Origin: Acaryochloris marina MBIC11017 | GTDB lineage: Bacteria > Cyanobacteriota > Cyanobacteriia > Thermosynechococcales > Thermosynechococcaceae | DNA: 32,000 bases | Assembly (NCBI RefSeq): GCF_000018105.1 | Contig: NC_009928.1 | Coordinates: forward strand, 1 to 32,000 | Direction: 5' to 3' | Shown: one piece after another, positions 16,787 through 27,087 of the stretch | Layout: the number at the start of each line of letters is the position of its first letter | Position numbering within the stretch: position 1 is the stretch's first letter | Notes under the pieces: generated by a model | What the model was told of the DNA's origin: nothing | Databases searched by the model: none | The model's input: the letters and a program-made list of their open reading frames with translations, nothing else | Made by a program: the position numbers and the translations under genes

Positions 16787-18298
16787 ATGTATTTGAATCT
16801 GAGATCGCAAGGGTTAGGGTTGGCAATGATGGTGTTGCTATCGGCCTGTACCGTTCAAGCAGCGGATGACGCGAAGAAGTCCAAGGCTAGCCCTAAGATT
16901 GCTGCCGTTGATGTTGCAATCGCAAAACCGAATACGGATCATATCCTGGACTCCTTTACAGGGACGACGGCACCGATCCAAGAAGTGATGGTGCGATCTC
17001 AAGTGGATGGACAACTGCAAAAACTAGCGGTAGAGGTCGGTGATCGGGTCGAGAAAGGACAGATCCTAGGACAACAAGATGATGGGGTTCTCACCGACAC
17101 GGTCAACACCGCCCGCGCTGAAAGAGAAGCCCAGGTGGTCGATGTCGCTAAAGCCCGTAGCCAAGTGGGAGCTGCTAAGGCCAACGTTGAACAAGCCCGT
17201 CTCGCCCTAGTCCAAGCGAAAGGTAATGTTCTACAGTTGCAAAATGCTGCCCGCGCCAATATTGAAGCTGCCCGTCTCGAAGCCCAACAAAACCGCCAGG
17301 ATGCAAACCGATTAACGCAACTCGCTAATGCAGGTGCAACATCCCAGCAAGAGGCCGAACAGGCCCGCACCTTAGCCCAGCGAACACAGCAAACCTTGGT
17401 GAATACCCAAGCCAACAGTGTCCAGGAAATCACCCAGGCCCAAACCGCCGTCAAAACTGCTGAACAAGCCTTACAGGCTGCCATCGCCCAAGTTGACATT
17501 GAGCAAGGCACCGTTAATGCAACCCAAAGAAGAGTCTATGCTCAGCAATCTGTTCTCAACCAAGCCCTAGGGCAGCGATCCTTTACAGTGCTCTCAGCGC
17601 CCTTAACCGGCGTCGTTATGGAGCGCTTAAGCGAAGCAGGCAATCTCTTACAGACCGGCGATTCGATTCTGCGTCTCGGTGATTTCAAAAAGATTAAAAT
17701 CACTATTCAAGTCCCCGCCAGGCTGTTGTCTCAACTTCGCATGGGACAACAGGCCAAGATCACCCTGGATGCCTTTCCCCAACAAGAATGGTCTGGCAAA
17801 ATCACTCTCATTTCGCCCCTCGCCAACACCACATCGCGGTTGTTACCTATCGAAATTTTGATGGATAACCCCGGCAAAATGAGCAGTGGGCTACTGGCTC
17901 GAGTCAGCTTTGTCCAACCGCAACAAGGTCGGGTTTGGGTGCCTGAGGCTGCCATACAGACCAGTCAATCTCGGAAAGGTCCATCCTCCACACCCAAACC
18001 GTCTAATCCAGATCACCCTTCATCCCAGCAGCGCCCGTCACCGCAGCCACCTACAGATCGCAAACAGACACCCACCTCCAACCAAGCCACCCTGTTTGTG
18101 CTCGACAAAGCTAGTCCACAGCCCCGCGTCACCTCTCGCCAAGTTCAGTTGGGGGCGCAACGCAATGGTCAAGTGGAAATCATTCAAGGGCTGACCTCAG
18201 GCGAATCCTTTGTCAGTCGTAGCAGTCAGCCCCTAAAGGACGGAGCCACCGTCCGCTTGAGCGCCCTCTCAGAATCGTCATCTTCGGTGAACCCCTAA
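16787..18298 (+). CDS. RND efflux periplasmic adaptor (MFP/HlyD family), lipoprotein, with a long coiled coil and a low-complexity insertion
   Basis: Lipobox LLSAC. The pattern is barrel-sandwich/hairpin: VRSQVDGQL..L.V.VGD.V.KGQILG, then a long A/Q-rich coiled coil, then APLTGVV. The C-terminus reads QVEIIQGLTSGESFV. Its stop overlaps the pump start (TAATG). Confidence 0.85.
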   Translation: MYLNLRSQGLGLAMMVLLSACTVQAADDAKKSKASPKIAAVDVAIAKPNTDHILDSFTGTTAPIQEVMVRSQVDGQLQKLAVEVGDRVEKGQILGQQDDGVLTDTVNTARAEREAQVVDVAKARSQVGAAKANVEQARLALVQAKGNVLQLQNAARANIEAARLEAQQNRQDANRLTQLANAGATSQQEAEQARTLAQRTQQTLVNTQANSVQEITQAQTAVKTAEQALQAAIAQVDIEQGTVNATQRRVYAQQSVLNQALGQRSFTVLSAPLTGVVMERLSEAGNLLQTGDSILRLGDFKKIKITIQVPARLLSQLRMGQQAKITLDAFPQQEWSGKITLISPLANTTSRLLPIEILMDNPGKMSSGLLARVSFVQPQQGRVWVPEAAIQTSQSRKGPSSTPKPSNPDHPSSQQRPSPQPPTDRKQTPTSNQATLFVLDKASPQPRVTSRQVQLGAQRNGQVEIIQGLTSGESFVSRSSQPLKDGATVRLSALSESSSSVNP

Positions 18299-21200
18299 TG
18301 GAAAGGTCTACCTTAAGCCTCAGCACCCTCTCCATTCGACGACATATTGGCGTATTCATGTTGACCCTGACCATCGTAGTGTTGGGCCTGTTTTTTCTCT
18401 CGACCCTGCAAGTGGACTTGCTGCCCTCCATTACCTATCCCCGGATTGGGGTGCGGTTAGAAGCACCTGGTATTTCCCCCGATGTTGCGGTTGATGAAAT
18501 CACCGATCCCCTAGAGGAAGCCTTGCTGGCGACAGAAGGCGTAGTGCAAATTTACTCCCGAACGCAAGAAGGGTCCGTCAGCGTTGATCTCTATTTTCAG
18601 CCTGGGGGCAATATTGACCAAGCCCTCAACGATGCCACCGCGGCCTTGAATCGCGCCCTCAATGATCTACCTGACACCATTGAGCAGCCCCGTCTGTTTA
18701 AATTTGACCCCTCACAATTACCGGTCTACGAAATGGCCCTGACATCGCCAGGCCTGGACGACTCAGAACTCCGAGTGTTTGCTGAGGAAACCCTGAACCG
18801 AGAGTTGGGACTCGTCCCTGGGGTCTCGTCCGCTGAAGTCTCTGGGGCCGCAGACGAAGAAATTCAGATCAATCTTGACCTCAACCGGATGCAGACTATC
18901 GGGGTGAGTATGACGGAGGTACTCAACGCGCTCAGTACCCGCAATCAGGATATTTCTGGAGGGCAGATCCTGGGACAGCTGACTGAACCGCTCACACGCA
19001 CGATAGGGCAATTTCAATCTGTCGATGAGATTGAATCCCTGATTTTGAATGTGGCTGCTCTGTCTTCTACCAATGAGACAGGGGGCGCTCCCCTCTCCAC
19101 CACTCAGCAGGCCCTGCAGGGAGACCAACAGGTGTACCTCCGGGATATTGCCGAGGTCGTGGATGGAGCGGCTGAGCAGCGGGTGTTCGTCAATCTCAAT
19201 CAAACCCCTGCGGTTAAACTTAGCCTGCAAAAACAGCCCGATGCCAATACAGTCGTGGTGGTGGATGGTATCAAGGCCAAGCTGGCAGAGCTGGTGCAAC
19301 GAGAAATTATTCCCGCCGAGATGGTGATTATTCCGACCCTAGACGAGTCAGTCTTTATTCGCAATGCGATTCGTAATGTTGCCATCTCAGGGCTCAGTGG
19401 GATGGTGCTGGCCGCATTGGCGGTCTTGCTCTTTTTGGGGTCTCTACGACAGACCCTGATTATTGTGCTGGCCATTCCCTTAGCAACCCTCACTTCCATT
19501 ATTTTGATGCGGCTGTTTGGTCTCTCCATGAATGTGTTTAGCTTAGGTGGCTTAGCCCTTGGTGTCGGCATTGTGGTGGACAACGCCATTGTCATGCTGG
19601 AGACCATTGTTCAGGGCACCCAGACCCAAGCCTCGAATAATGGATATTCGAAGCAGGAGAAGATCCTCAGGCAGGCGGAGCAGAGCAGTCGGCAAGTGGA
19701 ATCAGCCTTGGTAGCATCCACGAGTACCAACTTGGTAGCTGTCTTACCGTTTTTAATGATTGGTGGATTTATTGCCCTCCTCTTTAATGAACTCCTCCTC
19801 ACCATCAGTTTTGCGATTAGCGCTTCAATTCTAATTGCCCTGACGGTCGTTCCGATGTTAGCCTCGCGGCTATTGATGGTTCATAGATCGAGTCGGGTCG
19901 GTCAAACCTGGCTGCTCGTGCAGTTTCGAGAACGGTTTGAGCGTGCGACCCTGAGCTATTGTCGAGGTTTAGGATGGGTCTTGAAATGGCGATGGCAAGT
20001 GGTCGTAAGCGCGATTCTGATCCTCGGTATCAGCAGTCTAGGGATGCTAGAGCAAATTCCACAAGAAATTTTGCCGCCAATTAATACAGGGCAGGCCTCA
20101 TTGGTGGCTCAGTTCCCTGTGGGGACAACCCTAGAGCAGAATCGCCTCGTCATGGCGAAGGTAGAAGCAATTTTAGCTGAGCAACCAGAGACCGCCTATG
20201 CTTTCATAACGGCTGGGGGGTCTATTCGAGGGACGAATCTGAGTGAAAATCCGTTGAGGGGTTCGGGTTCCATTACTCTGAAGCCCAACGCTGATGTGGA
20301 GGCCTATACCCAGAAGGTTAGCCAAGCAATTGACAAGCTGAACTTGGTGGATATCCGAATCCGCGTTTCTCCTGGGCAGGTGCGTGGGTTGATTACCAGT
20401 AATTCGCCGATTCGAGGAGCAGATATTGATGTGATGCTGCAGGGTGAAAATTCACAGCGGTTAAGCCAGGCTGGCCGACAGGTGTTAGGCGCTCTGAGTG
20501 ATCAAGTGACTGGGGCGCGGTTCCGTCCAGACAATGATCCGGACCAACCTGAGCTGCAGATCTCCCCTGACTGGGAACGAGTTGCGGCTCTGGGGCTATC
20601 TGCCCAACAGATTGGTGAGACGATTCAGACGGCTGTGGAGGGTTGGGTGCCTACGCAGCTCCAGCAAGGGAGTCGTCTCATTGATATTCGCGTCCAGCTT
20701 GATCCCAAATCCCTGCAAATGGAAGAGCAATTAGCCCAACTCCCCCTGTTTACGGAGGGTAATCAGTTTGTGCAGCTTGCGGATGTGGCCCAGATTGGTG
20801 TAGGAGCAGCTCCTCTAGAAATCCAGCGGATTAATCAGCAACCCGTCTACTTAGTGGGGGGTAACTTAGCTGAAGGGGCGCGGCTAAGTGATGCCCTGGC
20901 GGAGGTGGAGTCGGTGTTAACAACCCTTACCCTTCCAGACGGCGTGTCTCTACTGCCCAGCACAGCGGCCCAGAGTAATCGAGCGTTACAACAGGCACTG
21001 CAAACGTTAGGGGGCCTGGCGGCATTTCTGGTCTTCGTGGTGATGGCCGTGCAATATAACTCTCTGATCGATCCCCTTGTTATTTTGTTTACGGTTCCCT
21101 TGGCCTTGTCGGGAGGCCTTTTTGGTCTCTACATTACCCAGACTGCCATCGGTGCCACGGTGATTGTGGGGGTGGTTCTATTGGTGGGGATTGTCGTCAA

Positions 21201-21555
21201 TAACGCCATCATCATGGTGGAGTTAGCCAATCAGATCTATTTTCAGTCCGGGCAAGATCGCCAAGCTGCCATTTTGCAGGCAGCGCCCCAACGCTTAAAG
21301 CCCATTATGATGACCACCATGACCACGGTGTTGGGGATGCTTCCCCTAGCTCTCGGCATTGGTCAAGGTTCAGAGTTTTTGCAACCGTTGGGCATCGTGG
21401 TTTTTGCCGGACTCTCCTTAGCAACCTTGCTTACCCTGTATATTATTCCTTGCTTTTATGTGATTCTTCATAATGCCGAGTGCCAGCAAAGAGGCCTTTC
21501 ACTAAAAACAAAGACATTACCTTTCCATCGTCTTTTTCAAAGGTTGCGCTCTTAA
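18298..21555 (+). CDS. RND efflux permease (AcrB/ACR_tran family)
   Basis: 1085 aa with two pseudo-repeats. Each has a large periplasmic loop and the TM4/TM10 motifs GVGIVVDNAIVMLE and LVGIVVNNAIIMVE. It is translationally coupled to the adaptor. Confidence 0.95.
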   Translation: MERSTLSLSTLSIRRHIGVFMLTLTIVVLGLFFLSTLQVDLLPSITYPRIGVRLEAPGISPDVAVDEITDPLEEALLATEGVVQIYSRTQEGSVSVDLYFQPGGNIDQALNDATAALNRALNDLPDTIEQPRLFKFDPSQLPVYEMALTSPGLDDSELRVFAEETLNRELGLVPGVSSAEVSGAADEEIQINLDLNRMQTIGVSMTEVLNALSTRNQDISGGQILGQLTEPLTRTIGQFQSVDEIESLILNVAALSSTNETGGAPLSTTQQALQGDQQVYLRDIAEVVDGAAEQRVFVNLNQTPAVKLSLQKQPDANTVVVVDGIKAKLAELVQREIIPAEMVIIPTLDESVFIRNAIRNVAISGLSGMVLAALAVLLFLGSLRQTLIIVLAIPLATLTSIILMRLFGLSMNVFSLGGLALGVGIVVDNAIVMLETIVQGTQTQASNNGYSKQEKILRQAEQSSRQVESALVASTSTNLVAVLPFLMIGGFIALLFNELLLTISFAISASILIALTVVPMLASRLLMVHRSSRVGQTWLLVQFRERFERATLSYCRGLGWVLKWRWQVVVSAILILGISSLGMLEQIPQEILPPINTGQASLVAQFPVGTTLEQNRLVMAKVEAILAEQPETAYAFITAGGSIRGTNLSENPLRGSGSITLKPNADVEAYTQKVSQAIDKLNLVDIRIRVSPGQVRGLITSNSPIRGADIDVMLQGENSQRLSQAGRQVLGALSDQVTGARFRPDNDPDQPELQISPDWERVAALGLSAQQIGETIQTAVEGWVPTQLQQGSRLIDIRVQLDPKSLQMEEQLAQLPLFTEGNQFVQLADVAQIGVGAAPLEIQRINQQPVYLVGGNLAEGARLSDALAEVESVLTTLTLPDGVSLLPSTAAQSNRALQQALQTLGGLAAFLVFVVMAVQYNSLIDPLVILFTVPLALSGGLFGLYITQTAIGATVIVGVVLLVGIVVNNAIIMVELANQIYFQSGQDRQAAILQAAPQRLKPIMMTTMTTVLGMLPLALGIGQGSEFLQPLGIVVFAGLSLATLLTLYIIPCFYVILHNAECQQRGLSLKTKTLPFHRLFQRLRS

Positions 21556-21748
21556 TTGATATCCGAATCAATGCCCTTAGAACTAAGGATATGTCCATGA
21601 TTGGACCCTAAGGAAAAGATGACTCAACGTTTGAGACCAGTCTGTAAACAATAGCGTCGTCAAGCTTAGCTTCAGTAGTGGATTAGGTTAACGACCGATT
21701 GCCATCTACTGCATGATGGCCCCAACTGTACTTCATTAACTGACAACG

Positions 21749-22207
21749 ATGACTGACTATCCCAGAAATTTCAAGTTAAACCGAACCGATATTGCGATCT
21801 CATATTTGCTACTCCGCCTCCTGATTGGCGTCAACTTTCTCAATCATGGACTAACACGGATTGGCAATATTCCAAGCTTTGTCGAAAGTATGGTGAAAGC
21901 CATGGAGAATTCGTACTTTCCTGAACCCTTGGTTCGCATCAATGCTTTTTTAGTTCCTGTTGTAGAACTGATTGTGGGTCTGCTCATCATTTTAGGTTGG
22001 CAAACCCGTATTGCGCTGACAATTACATCTGGTCTGATGGTGATTCTGATGCTCGGTGTTACCTCAGTTCAAAATTGGCAAGCCGCAGGGGACCAGTTGG
22101 TCTATGGTGTGATTTTGTTCATCCTGTTGGCCTGTCGTAGTTTCAATACTGTTTCAGTGGACTATTGGCTAAAGCGTAAAACGACACCATCAGAACGATC
22201 TCGGTAA
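21749..22207 (+). CDS. DoxX-family membrane protein
   Basis: 152 aa with four hydrophobic segments and a DoxX-like N-terminus, LLLRLLIGVNFLNHGLTRI. Confidence 0.7.
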   Translation: MTDYPRNFKLNRTDIAISYLLLRLLIGVNFLNHGLTRIGNIPSFVESMVKAMENSYFPEPLVRINAFLVPVVELIVGLLIILGWQTRIALTITSGLMVILMLGVTSVQNWQAAGDQLVYGVILFILLACRSFNTVSVDYWLKRKTTPSERSR

Positions 22208-22269
22208 TTGGGAAGATATAACGACCTTCTAAACATCCGTTCAGATCAAAAAAAGTGGAGAAAAGCACT

Positions 22270-22822
22270 GTGTGATGACAGCTGCTTGATAACACTGAAA
22301 ACCTGAACATCGACACCAGTCATATTGTGATTGTTGGGTCAAGTGCTGAAGGTAGTTTGGCGGCAGCTCTTACCCAATTTACCTGTGATCGCGGCAAAAT
22401 ACACTTGGCACATCAATTGCTTTTATATCCAATGCTTGACCCGCTAAACATTACACAGGCTGGTGGGGATATTGACGGCACCTATTATTTAGACTCGCGC
22501 CAACAATCTGTTTGGTTGGACAACCTATTTAGGTCAAGAACCTGAAGCAGGAGTAATTCCCAAGTATGCATCCGCTTTCTACAATCATGCTCTTACTAAT
22601 TTGCCACCTGCCACAATCATGGTCGGCGATATTGATTTATTCGCCCAGGAATGCATCGCTTATGCTACTAAACTCTCGGCAGCAGGAATTCCGGCAGAAT
22701 TACACGTCTACCCAGGCGGTGTTCATGGGTTTGAAGATGCGAACCCCGAAGCGCGTATCTCAAAACAGTTTCTCGCCACGCGGGACAGCACATTGAAAGC
22801 GGCTTTGGAGAATCAGATTTGA
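22270..22822 (+). pseudogene. Decayed alpha/beta-hydrolase (Abhydrolase_3 esterase/lipase-like): N-terminally truncated and frameshifted
   Basis: The pieces lie in different frames. They are ENLNIDTSHIVIVGSSAEGSLAAAL (a degenerate GDSAGG nucleophile elbow), then LLYPMLD, then YLGQEPE...NLPPATIMVGDIDLFAQECIAYATKLSAAGIPAELHVYPGGVHGF. Stops TGATGA sit just upstream, and no HGGG region is present. Confidence 0.65.
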
Positions 22823-23423
22823 TAAAAGTGAACAGTATCCATTCGGGTTTACTCATTGTTTCTGGCTACGCTCTTTATGGATTCCAGAGATCTACTTGAG
22901 AAGACATTCTAAAAGCGCTGTAAGTTAGCCTTTTTCTCGTTTTAGAGTGTTGTGTACAAATTTGAAGAAGCCCAGACAGAAGGGAACTTCTCTTACGAAA
23001 TGCATCGGTACGGCCTAAACCAAGGTCAAGGTTATAGTTGCATAAAGCAACCTTGGAATTAAAGAAAATTCAAATAAATAAAACAACAGTTCTCTTGTTT
23101 TAATCTGATGTTTTACAACAATCAAGTTGTTAATTAAGAATAATTCCAAAATGTAGCTTATGCTACATAAGTATAGACTGTTCTTGTCGCTTTTTATATA
23201 GTTAAATAAAGGATATATATGGATCTTTTCTGCAATTTTTTGACAGAGAATAGTGTTTTAATTTTAGTTATTTTTTAGCGCTTATTCACGCTCGTAAATC
23301 ATTAGAAGTTTGATAATAAAGCCACAAATTCTAACATTCTAATCCTTCTGAATTAGTAATGGAGCTTATTTAGATAAAAGTACTTGAGAGTTCTGATAAA
23401 TAATTAATATTGAGGTATTTAAT

Positions 23424-26213
23424 ATGACTCAGGCTGGACCTGAACCATTCTTTCCTCCCTGCTCGTGCCATCAAGATAGTTTTGCGCAAGAAGGCCATAT
23501 CCTGAATCGCGACCCACGAGTAGAAATGCTTTTATTACAATCTTCTTTATTGAGAGAGGTGACGAATGAGATTCAACAAAATCTTGATACTCATACGATC
23601 TTTCAGTTCGCTGTTGATAAGATTCAGAATGCACTAAATGCAGATCGAGTTGCAATATTTAAATTTGATCTTGAGTCTAACTATACAGAAGGTATTTTTG
23701 TCGCAGAAAAGGTTTTTCCAAGATTTTGTTCAGTCCTTGCAACTCAGGTGCGCGACGAGTATTTTGGTCAATCATACGTTTTGAAATACCAGCTTGGACA
23801 AGTATTTACAGTTACAGATATTGATGACGCCGGATTAAGTGATCACCATATCCATATTCATAAACAGTTTCAAGTGAGGGCAACTTTGGTTGTACCCATC
23901 CTCCTAGAGAACCAGCTCTGGGGATTGTTATGTATTCACCAATGCTCTGGACCTCGTGTATGGTTGCCTACTGAGATAGAGTTTGTGCAACACATAGCTG
24001 CTCAACTTAGTCTTGCTCTCAAACAAGCAGAACTATATGAGCATGCCTTGGAAAAATCTCATCAACTAGAAATCGCACTACATCAAGTTGAATTTCAAAA
24101 AGAACAAGAAGCATGGAAGGCTAAGGTTGAGCGTAATATTTCCGAGATTATTCAGCGTATCCGTCAAAGCTTAGATATTGAGGACATTTTTGGAGCAACA
24201 ACTCAAGATGTACGTGAGTCATTGGAGTGTGATCGCGTTGTTATCTATCAATTTTGGCCAGACTGGTCTGGAGAATTTCTTGTTGAATCAACAGCGCCCG
24301 GCTTGATACCGCTTTCAGAATTAGATGTACCGATGACCTGGCAGGATACGTATTTACAAGAAAATCAGGGTGGGAAGTTTAAAGATAATGCCCCTACTGT
24401 TGTGGCTGACATTTATCAACAATCTTATACAGATTGTCATCTAGAGATTCTGGAATGGTTTGACATTCGAGCCTATATGGTTGTCCCTGTGTTCATTGGC
24501 AAAACGTTATGGGGGTTGTTAGCTGCATATCAACTGAACCATCCTCGCCAATGGCAAAAGGTTGAACTGTATCTCCTCAAACAAGCCGGAGCCCAATTGG
24601 GTGTGGCATTGCAACAAGCAGAATTACTAAATCAACTTCGAGAGTCTAAAAACAAAGCAGAAGCTGCTAATCAAGCCAAAAGTGCATTTCTGGCAAACAT
24701 GAGCCATGAGCTGAGAACACCCCTCAATGCCATCTTGGGATTTAGCCAATTATTGGCTCGGGATGAGAATCTAACCCTTTCTCAAAAACAAAACCTCAAC
24801 TCCATAAATCGAAGTGGTTCCCATCTTCTGAATTTAATCAATGATGTTCTTGAGATGTCAAAGATTGAAGCAGGTAAAATCTCGCTAAATCCAACCAACT
24901 GTGACTTACTTCTATTACTAGATTCCCTTCAGGAAATGTTTGCATTGAAAGCCAAATCGAAGGGTTTGGTCCTGAACATCCAGAAATCTAGCAAGATACC
25001 ACTCTATATTTACATTGATGAAAACCGATTGAGACAAGTGTTGATCAATCTGTTAACCAATGCATTGAAATTTACAGAGTCTGGCTCTGTTACTCTCAGG
25101 GTATCCACTCAAGCTATTTCTTTGCCAGAGGAATCAGCCACCCATCCTCAGAATGACACCACCCAACCCAGCCTCTCGCTTTATTTTGAGGTTGAAGATA
25201 CAGGGATAGGAATCGCTGAAGATGAACTGGATGACATCTTTGACGCTTTTATTCAAACATCATCTGGGCAACAATCTCAGGAAGGAACAGGATTGGGTCT
25301 TGCGATTTGTCACCATTTTGTCAATCTGATGCAAGGTGACATTCAGCTCCAAAGTCGGCAGGGACAAGGAACGACCGTATTTATGCAGATTCCCGTTTGC
25401 ATTCCAGAAAACAAGGATGTCGAGGAACAAATCTATGAGAATGTAATTGGTCTTGCTCCAGGCCAGTCCCCTCTCCGAATGCTGATCGTTGAAGACAACT
25501 TAGAAAACCTTCAAATTATGCATCGGTTGATGACAGATATGGGGTTTGATGTAAGGACAGTCAACGATGGTGAAGCGGCGATTAGCTGTTGGGAGGCTTG
25601 GCATCCCCATATCATTTGGATGGATTGGTGTTTACCGGTTAAGAATGGATTTGAAGCGACCAAAACCATTCGGTCTCTTGAATCTCAATATAGGCAGAAT
25701 ACTGTCGATAGTATTGCCCAGAGTAAACATTCTGCTCATCCGAGTTCTAGCCTAAAGACTGACCTATCAGATTCAAGGACAATCATCATTGCGTTAACCG
25801 CAAGTGTATTCGAAGACACACAAACTGAATGTAAGGAAGCAGGCTGTGATGATTTTCTGAGCAAACCCTACCAGCAAAGTGTGTTATTTGAGTTACTGGC
25901 CAAACACCTTAACGTGAAGTTCATTTACAGCGATCTAGGTTCTACAACCAATGTACATGATGCTCAGGACCAGGAGCTGATCACCGATGAGGAGGTTGTG
26001 TTGCAGCTATCTCAACTGTCAGTAGAATGGCTGACCCAAATTTATGAAGCAGCTATTTCGCTGGATGAGGAAGCGATTGGTAAACTATTAACAGAAATTG
26101 CTGTTGACTATCCATATTTGACTACGAAACTAAGGAGGCTATTAAGGGCACTTCGGTTTGATCAAATTGCAGATCTTGCTGAAAATACCCAGTTGCTTAA
26201 GGAGAACGGTTGA
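23424..26213 (+). CDS. Hybrid sensor histidine kinase/response regulator (2x GAF, HisKA, HATPase_c, REC, conserved C-terminal tail)
   Basis: GAF signatures ADRVAIFKF...[16 protein letters not shown] and CDRVVIYQF...[17 protein letters not shown]-box [27 protein letters not shown] and DTGIGI...GTGLGL. REC with MLIVEDN...[12 protein letters not shown]...ALTASVFED...DDFLSKP. Confidence 0.9.
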   Translation: MTQAGPEPFFPPCSCHQDSFAQEGHILNRDPRVEMLLLQSSLLREVTNEIQQNLDTHTIFQFAVDKIQNALNADRVAIFKFDLESNYTEGIFVAEKVFPRFCSVLATQVRDEYFGQSYVLKYQLGQVFTVTDIDDAGLSDHHIHIHKQFQVRATLVVPILLENQLWGLLCIHQCSGPRVWLPTEIEFVQHIAAQLSLALKQAELYEHALEKSHQLEIALHQVEFQKEQEAWKAKVERNISEIIQRIRQSLDIEDIFGATTQDVRESLECDRVVIYQFWPDWSGEFLVESTAPGLIPLSELDVPMTWQDTYLQENQGGKFKDNAPTVVADIYQQSYTDCHLEILEWFDIRAYMVVPVFIGKTLWGLLAAYQLNHPRQWQKVELYLLKQAGAQLGVALQQAELLNQLRESKNKAEAANQAKSAFLANMSHELRTPLNAILGFSQLLARDENLTLSQKQNLNSINRSGSHLLNLINDVLEMSKIEAGKISLNPTNCDLLLLLDSLQEMFALKAKSKGLVLNIQKSSKIPLYIYIDENRLRQVLINLLTNALKFTESGSVTLRVSTQAISLPEESATHPQNDTTQPSLSLYFEVEDTGIGIAEDELDDIFDAFIQTSSGQQSQEGTGLGLAICHHFVNLMQGDIQLQSRQGQGTTVFMQIPVCIPENKDVEEQIYENVIGLAPGQSPLRMLIVEDNLENLQIMHRLMTDMGFDVRTVNDGEAAISCWEAWHPHIIWMDWCLPVKNGFEATKTIRSLESQYRQNTVDSIAQSKHSAHPSSSLKTDLSDSRTIIIALTASVFEDTQTECKEAGCDDFLSKPYQQSVLFELLAKHLNVKFIYSDLGSTTNVHDAQDQELITDEEVVLQLSQLSVEWLTQIYEAAISLDEEAIGKLLTEIAVDYPYLTTKLRRLLRALRFDQIADLAENTQLLKENG

Positions 26214-26696
26214 TGAATAAACAAGGAGAATCCTTTCTAAATTTTGTTTAGCACAACACTCATCAGGTTCAGATACAAGTATTTAGGGAGCTGCATGCCA
26301 TACTCTCCGAGATAAGGTAACCAATAGTCAAATAAGATCAACAATTTCGTGATCATCCCATTCACCTTACCACCCGTCACTTCGTGTTGCCCCAGCAATA
26401 CAGCCAGCTAATCTCAGACCATACAAATAGCTAAATCCAAAACCGTTGGTATCTATCAACATGCCCTCAATGCTCTTAATTAGGAAGGGATTGAGGATTA
26501 ACATGACCCCTTTTTGCATCAATCGTTGCTATCCCCCAATTAGAGGCAATCTGTAATTGAGTTGGGGGTTGATATTTCAGCCTTAAGTCTCCACGATTAT
26601 GGGCTGACTGGAGCAACCCGGCAGCGCAAGCTGGACTGCTGAGAGAGGCTTGATGTTGGTCATGGCGGTCTGAAATTACGCCTGACTTCAAAAAAG

Positions 26697-27077
26697 TCAA
26701 CGCTGTTGTTGTTGTTGTTGTTGTCTGAATGCCTGCCTAACCTTGTCAAAAACTTGAGAGCCTAATCTTTCTCTGTAAACATCAGCTTCGGGGTGTGACC
26801 CTATCTGGTATGAAAGGATCTCCTCACAGCCGCCTCGGTCATCAGTTCTGATATAAGTTCTTGAGGCGGGATTGGGTTGAGGTCTGCGATAGGTTGTATC
26901 AATGACATGATATTGGCTTCCGTTATGCTCTACGGTCAACGATAGAACCGCTGTATCTGGGCGATCGTCGGGGTGTTCGATGAGTGAGTTAAAGCACGCA
27001 TCGGCAACAGGATTAGCCTTGGCAGGCAGGGCTGAGACCAAGCTCGTTAGAATTAATAACTGTAAATGTTTTTTCAT
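26697..27077 (-). CDS. Small secreted protein, 126 aa, with a C-terminal poly-Gln
   Basis: Sec-type signal MKKHLQLLILTSLVSALPAKA. The ATG lies 10 nt after the stop of the upstream hydrolase gene, with AAGGA in between. It ends RQQQQQQQR. Confidence 0.6.
   Translation of the reverse strand: MKKHLQLLILTSLVSALPAKANPVADACFNSLIEHPDDRPDTAVLSLTVEHNGSQYHVIDTTYRRPQPNPASRTYIRTDDRGGCEEILSYQIGSHPEADVYRERLGSQVFDKVRQAFRQQQQQQQR
26703..26723 (-). repeat. Trinucleotide repeat CAG(CAA)6 encoding Q7 at the 3' end of the 126-aa gene
   Basis: The plus strand reads CTG(TTG)6 at 26703-26723. It is in frame and sits two codons before the stop. Confidence 0.9.
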
Positions 27078-27087
27078 GTGTTGTTCC

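Noticed and set aside
16999-17511. 170-aa minus-strand ORF inside the RND adaptor gene
   Set aside because: It is antisense to the Ala/Gln-rich coiled-coil region. Its Cys/Trp/Ala/Arg-rich translation is typical of the reverse frame of GC-rich repetitive codons. It has no SD and no independent support.
18763-19607. Minus-strand ORFs 18763..19299 and 19200..19607 inside the RND pump gene
   Set aside because: They are fully embedded antisense to a confidently identified 1085-aa pump, and their composition is not protein-like.
21583-21596. CCTTAG-aa-CTAAGG palindrome after the RND pump gene, considered as a terminator
   Set aside because: A 2-nt loop cannot form a stable hairpin and no T-tract follows. 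It may be a chance palindrome or a protein site, with no further support.
26476-26700. 74-aa minus-strand ORF with a TTG start overlapping the stop of the 126-aa gene
   Set aside because: It has a non-ATG start, no SD, and an odd composition. An adjacent 44-codon ORF in another frame suggests non-coding or degraded sequence. Kept as unresolved and not called.
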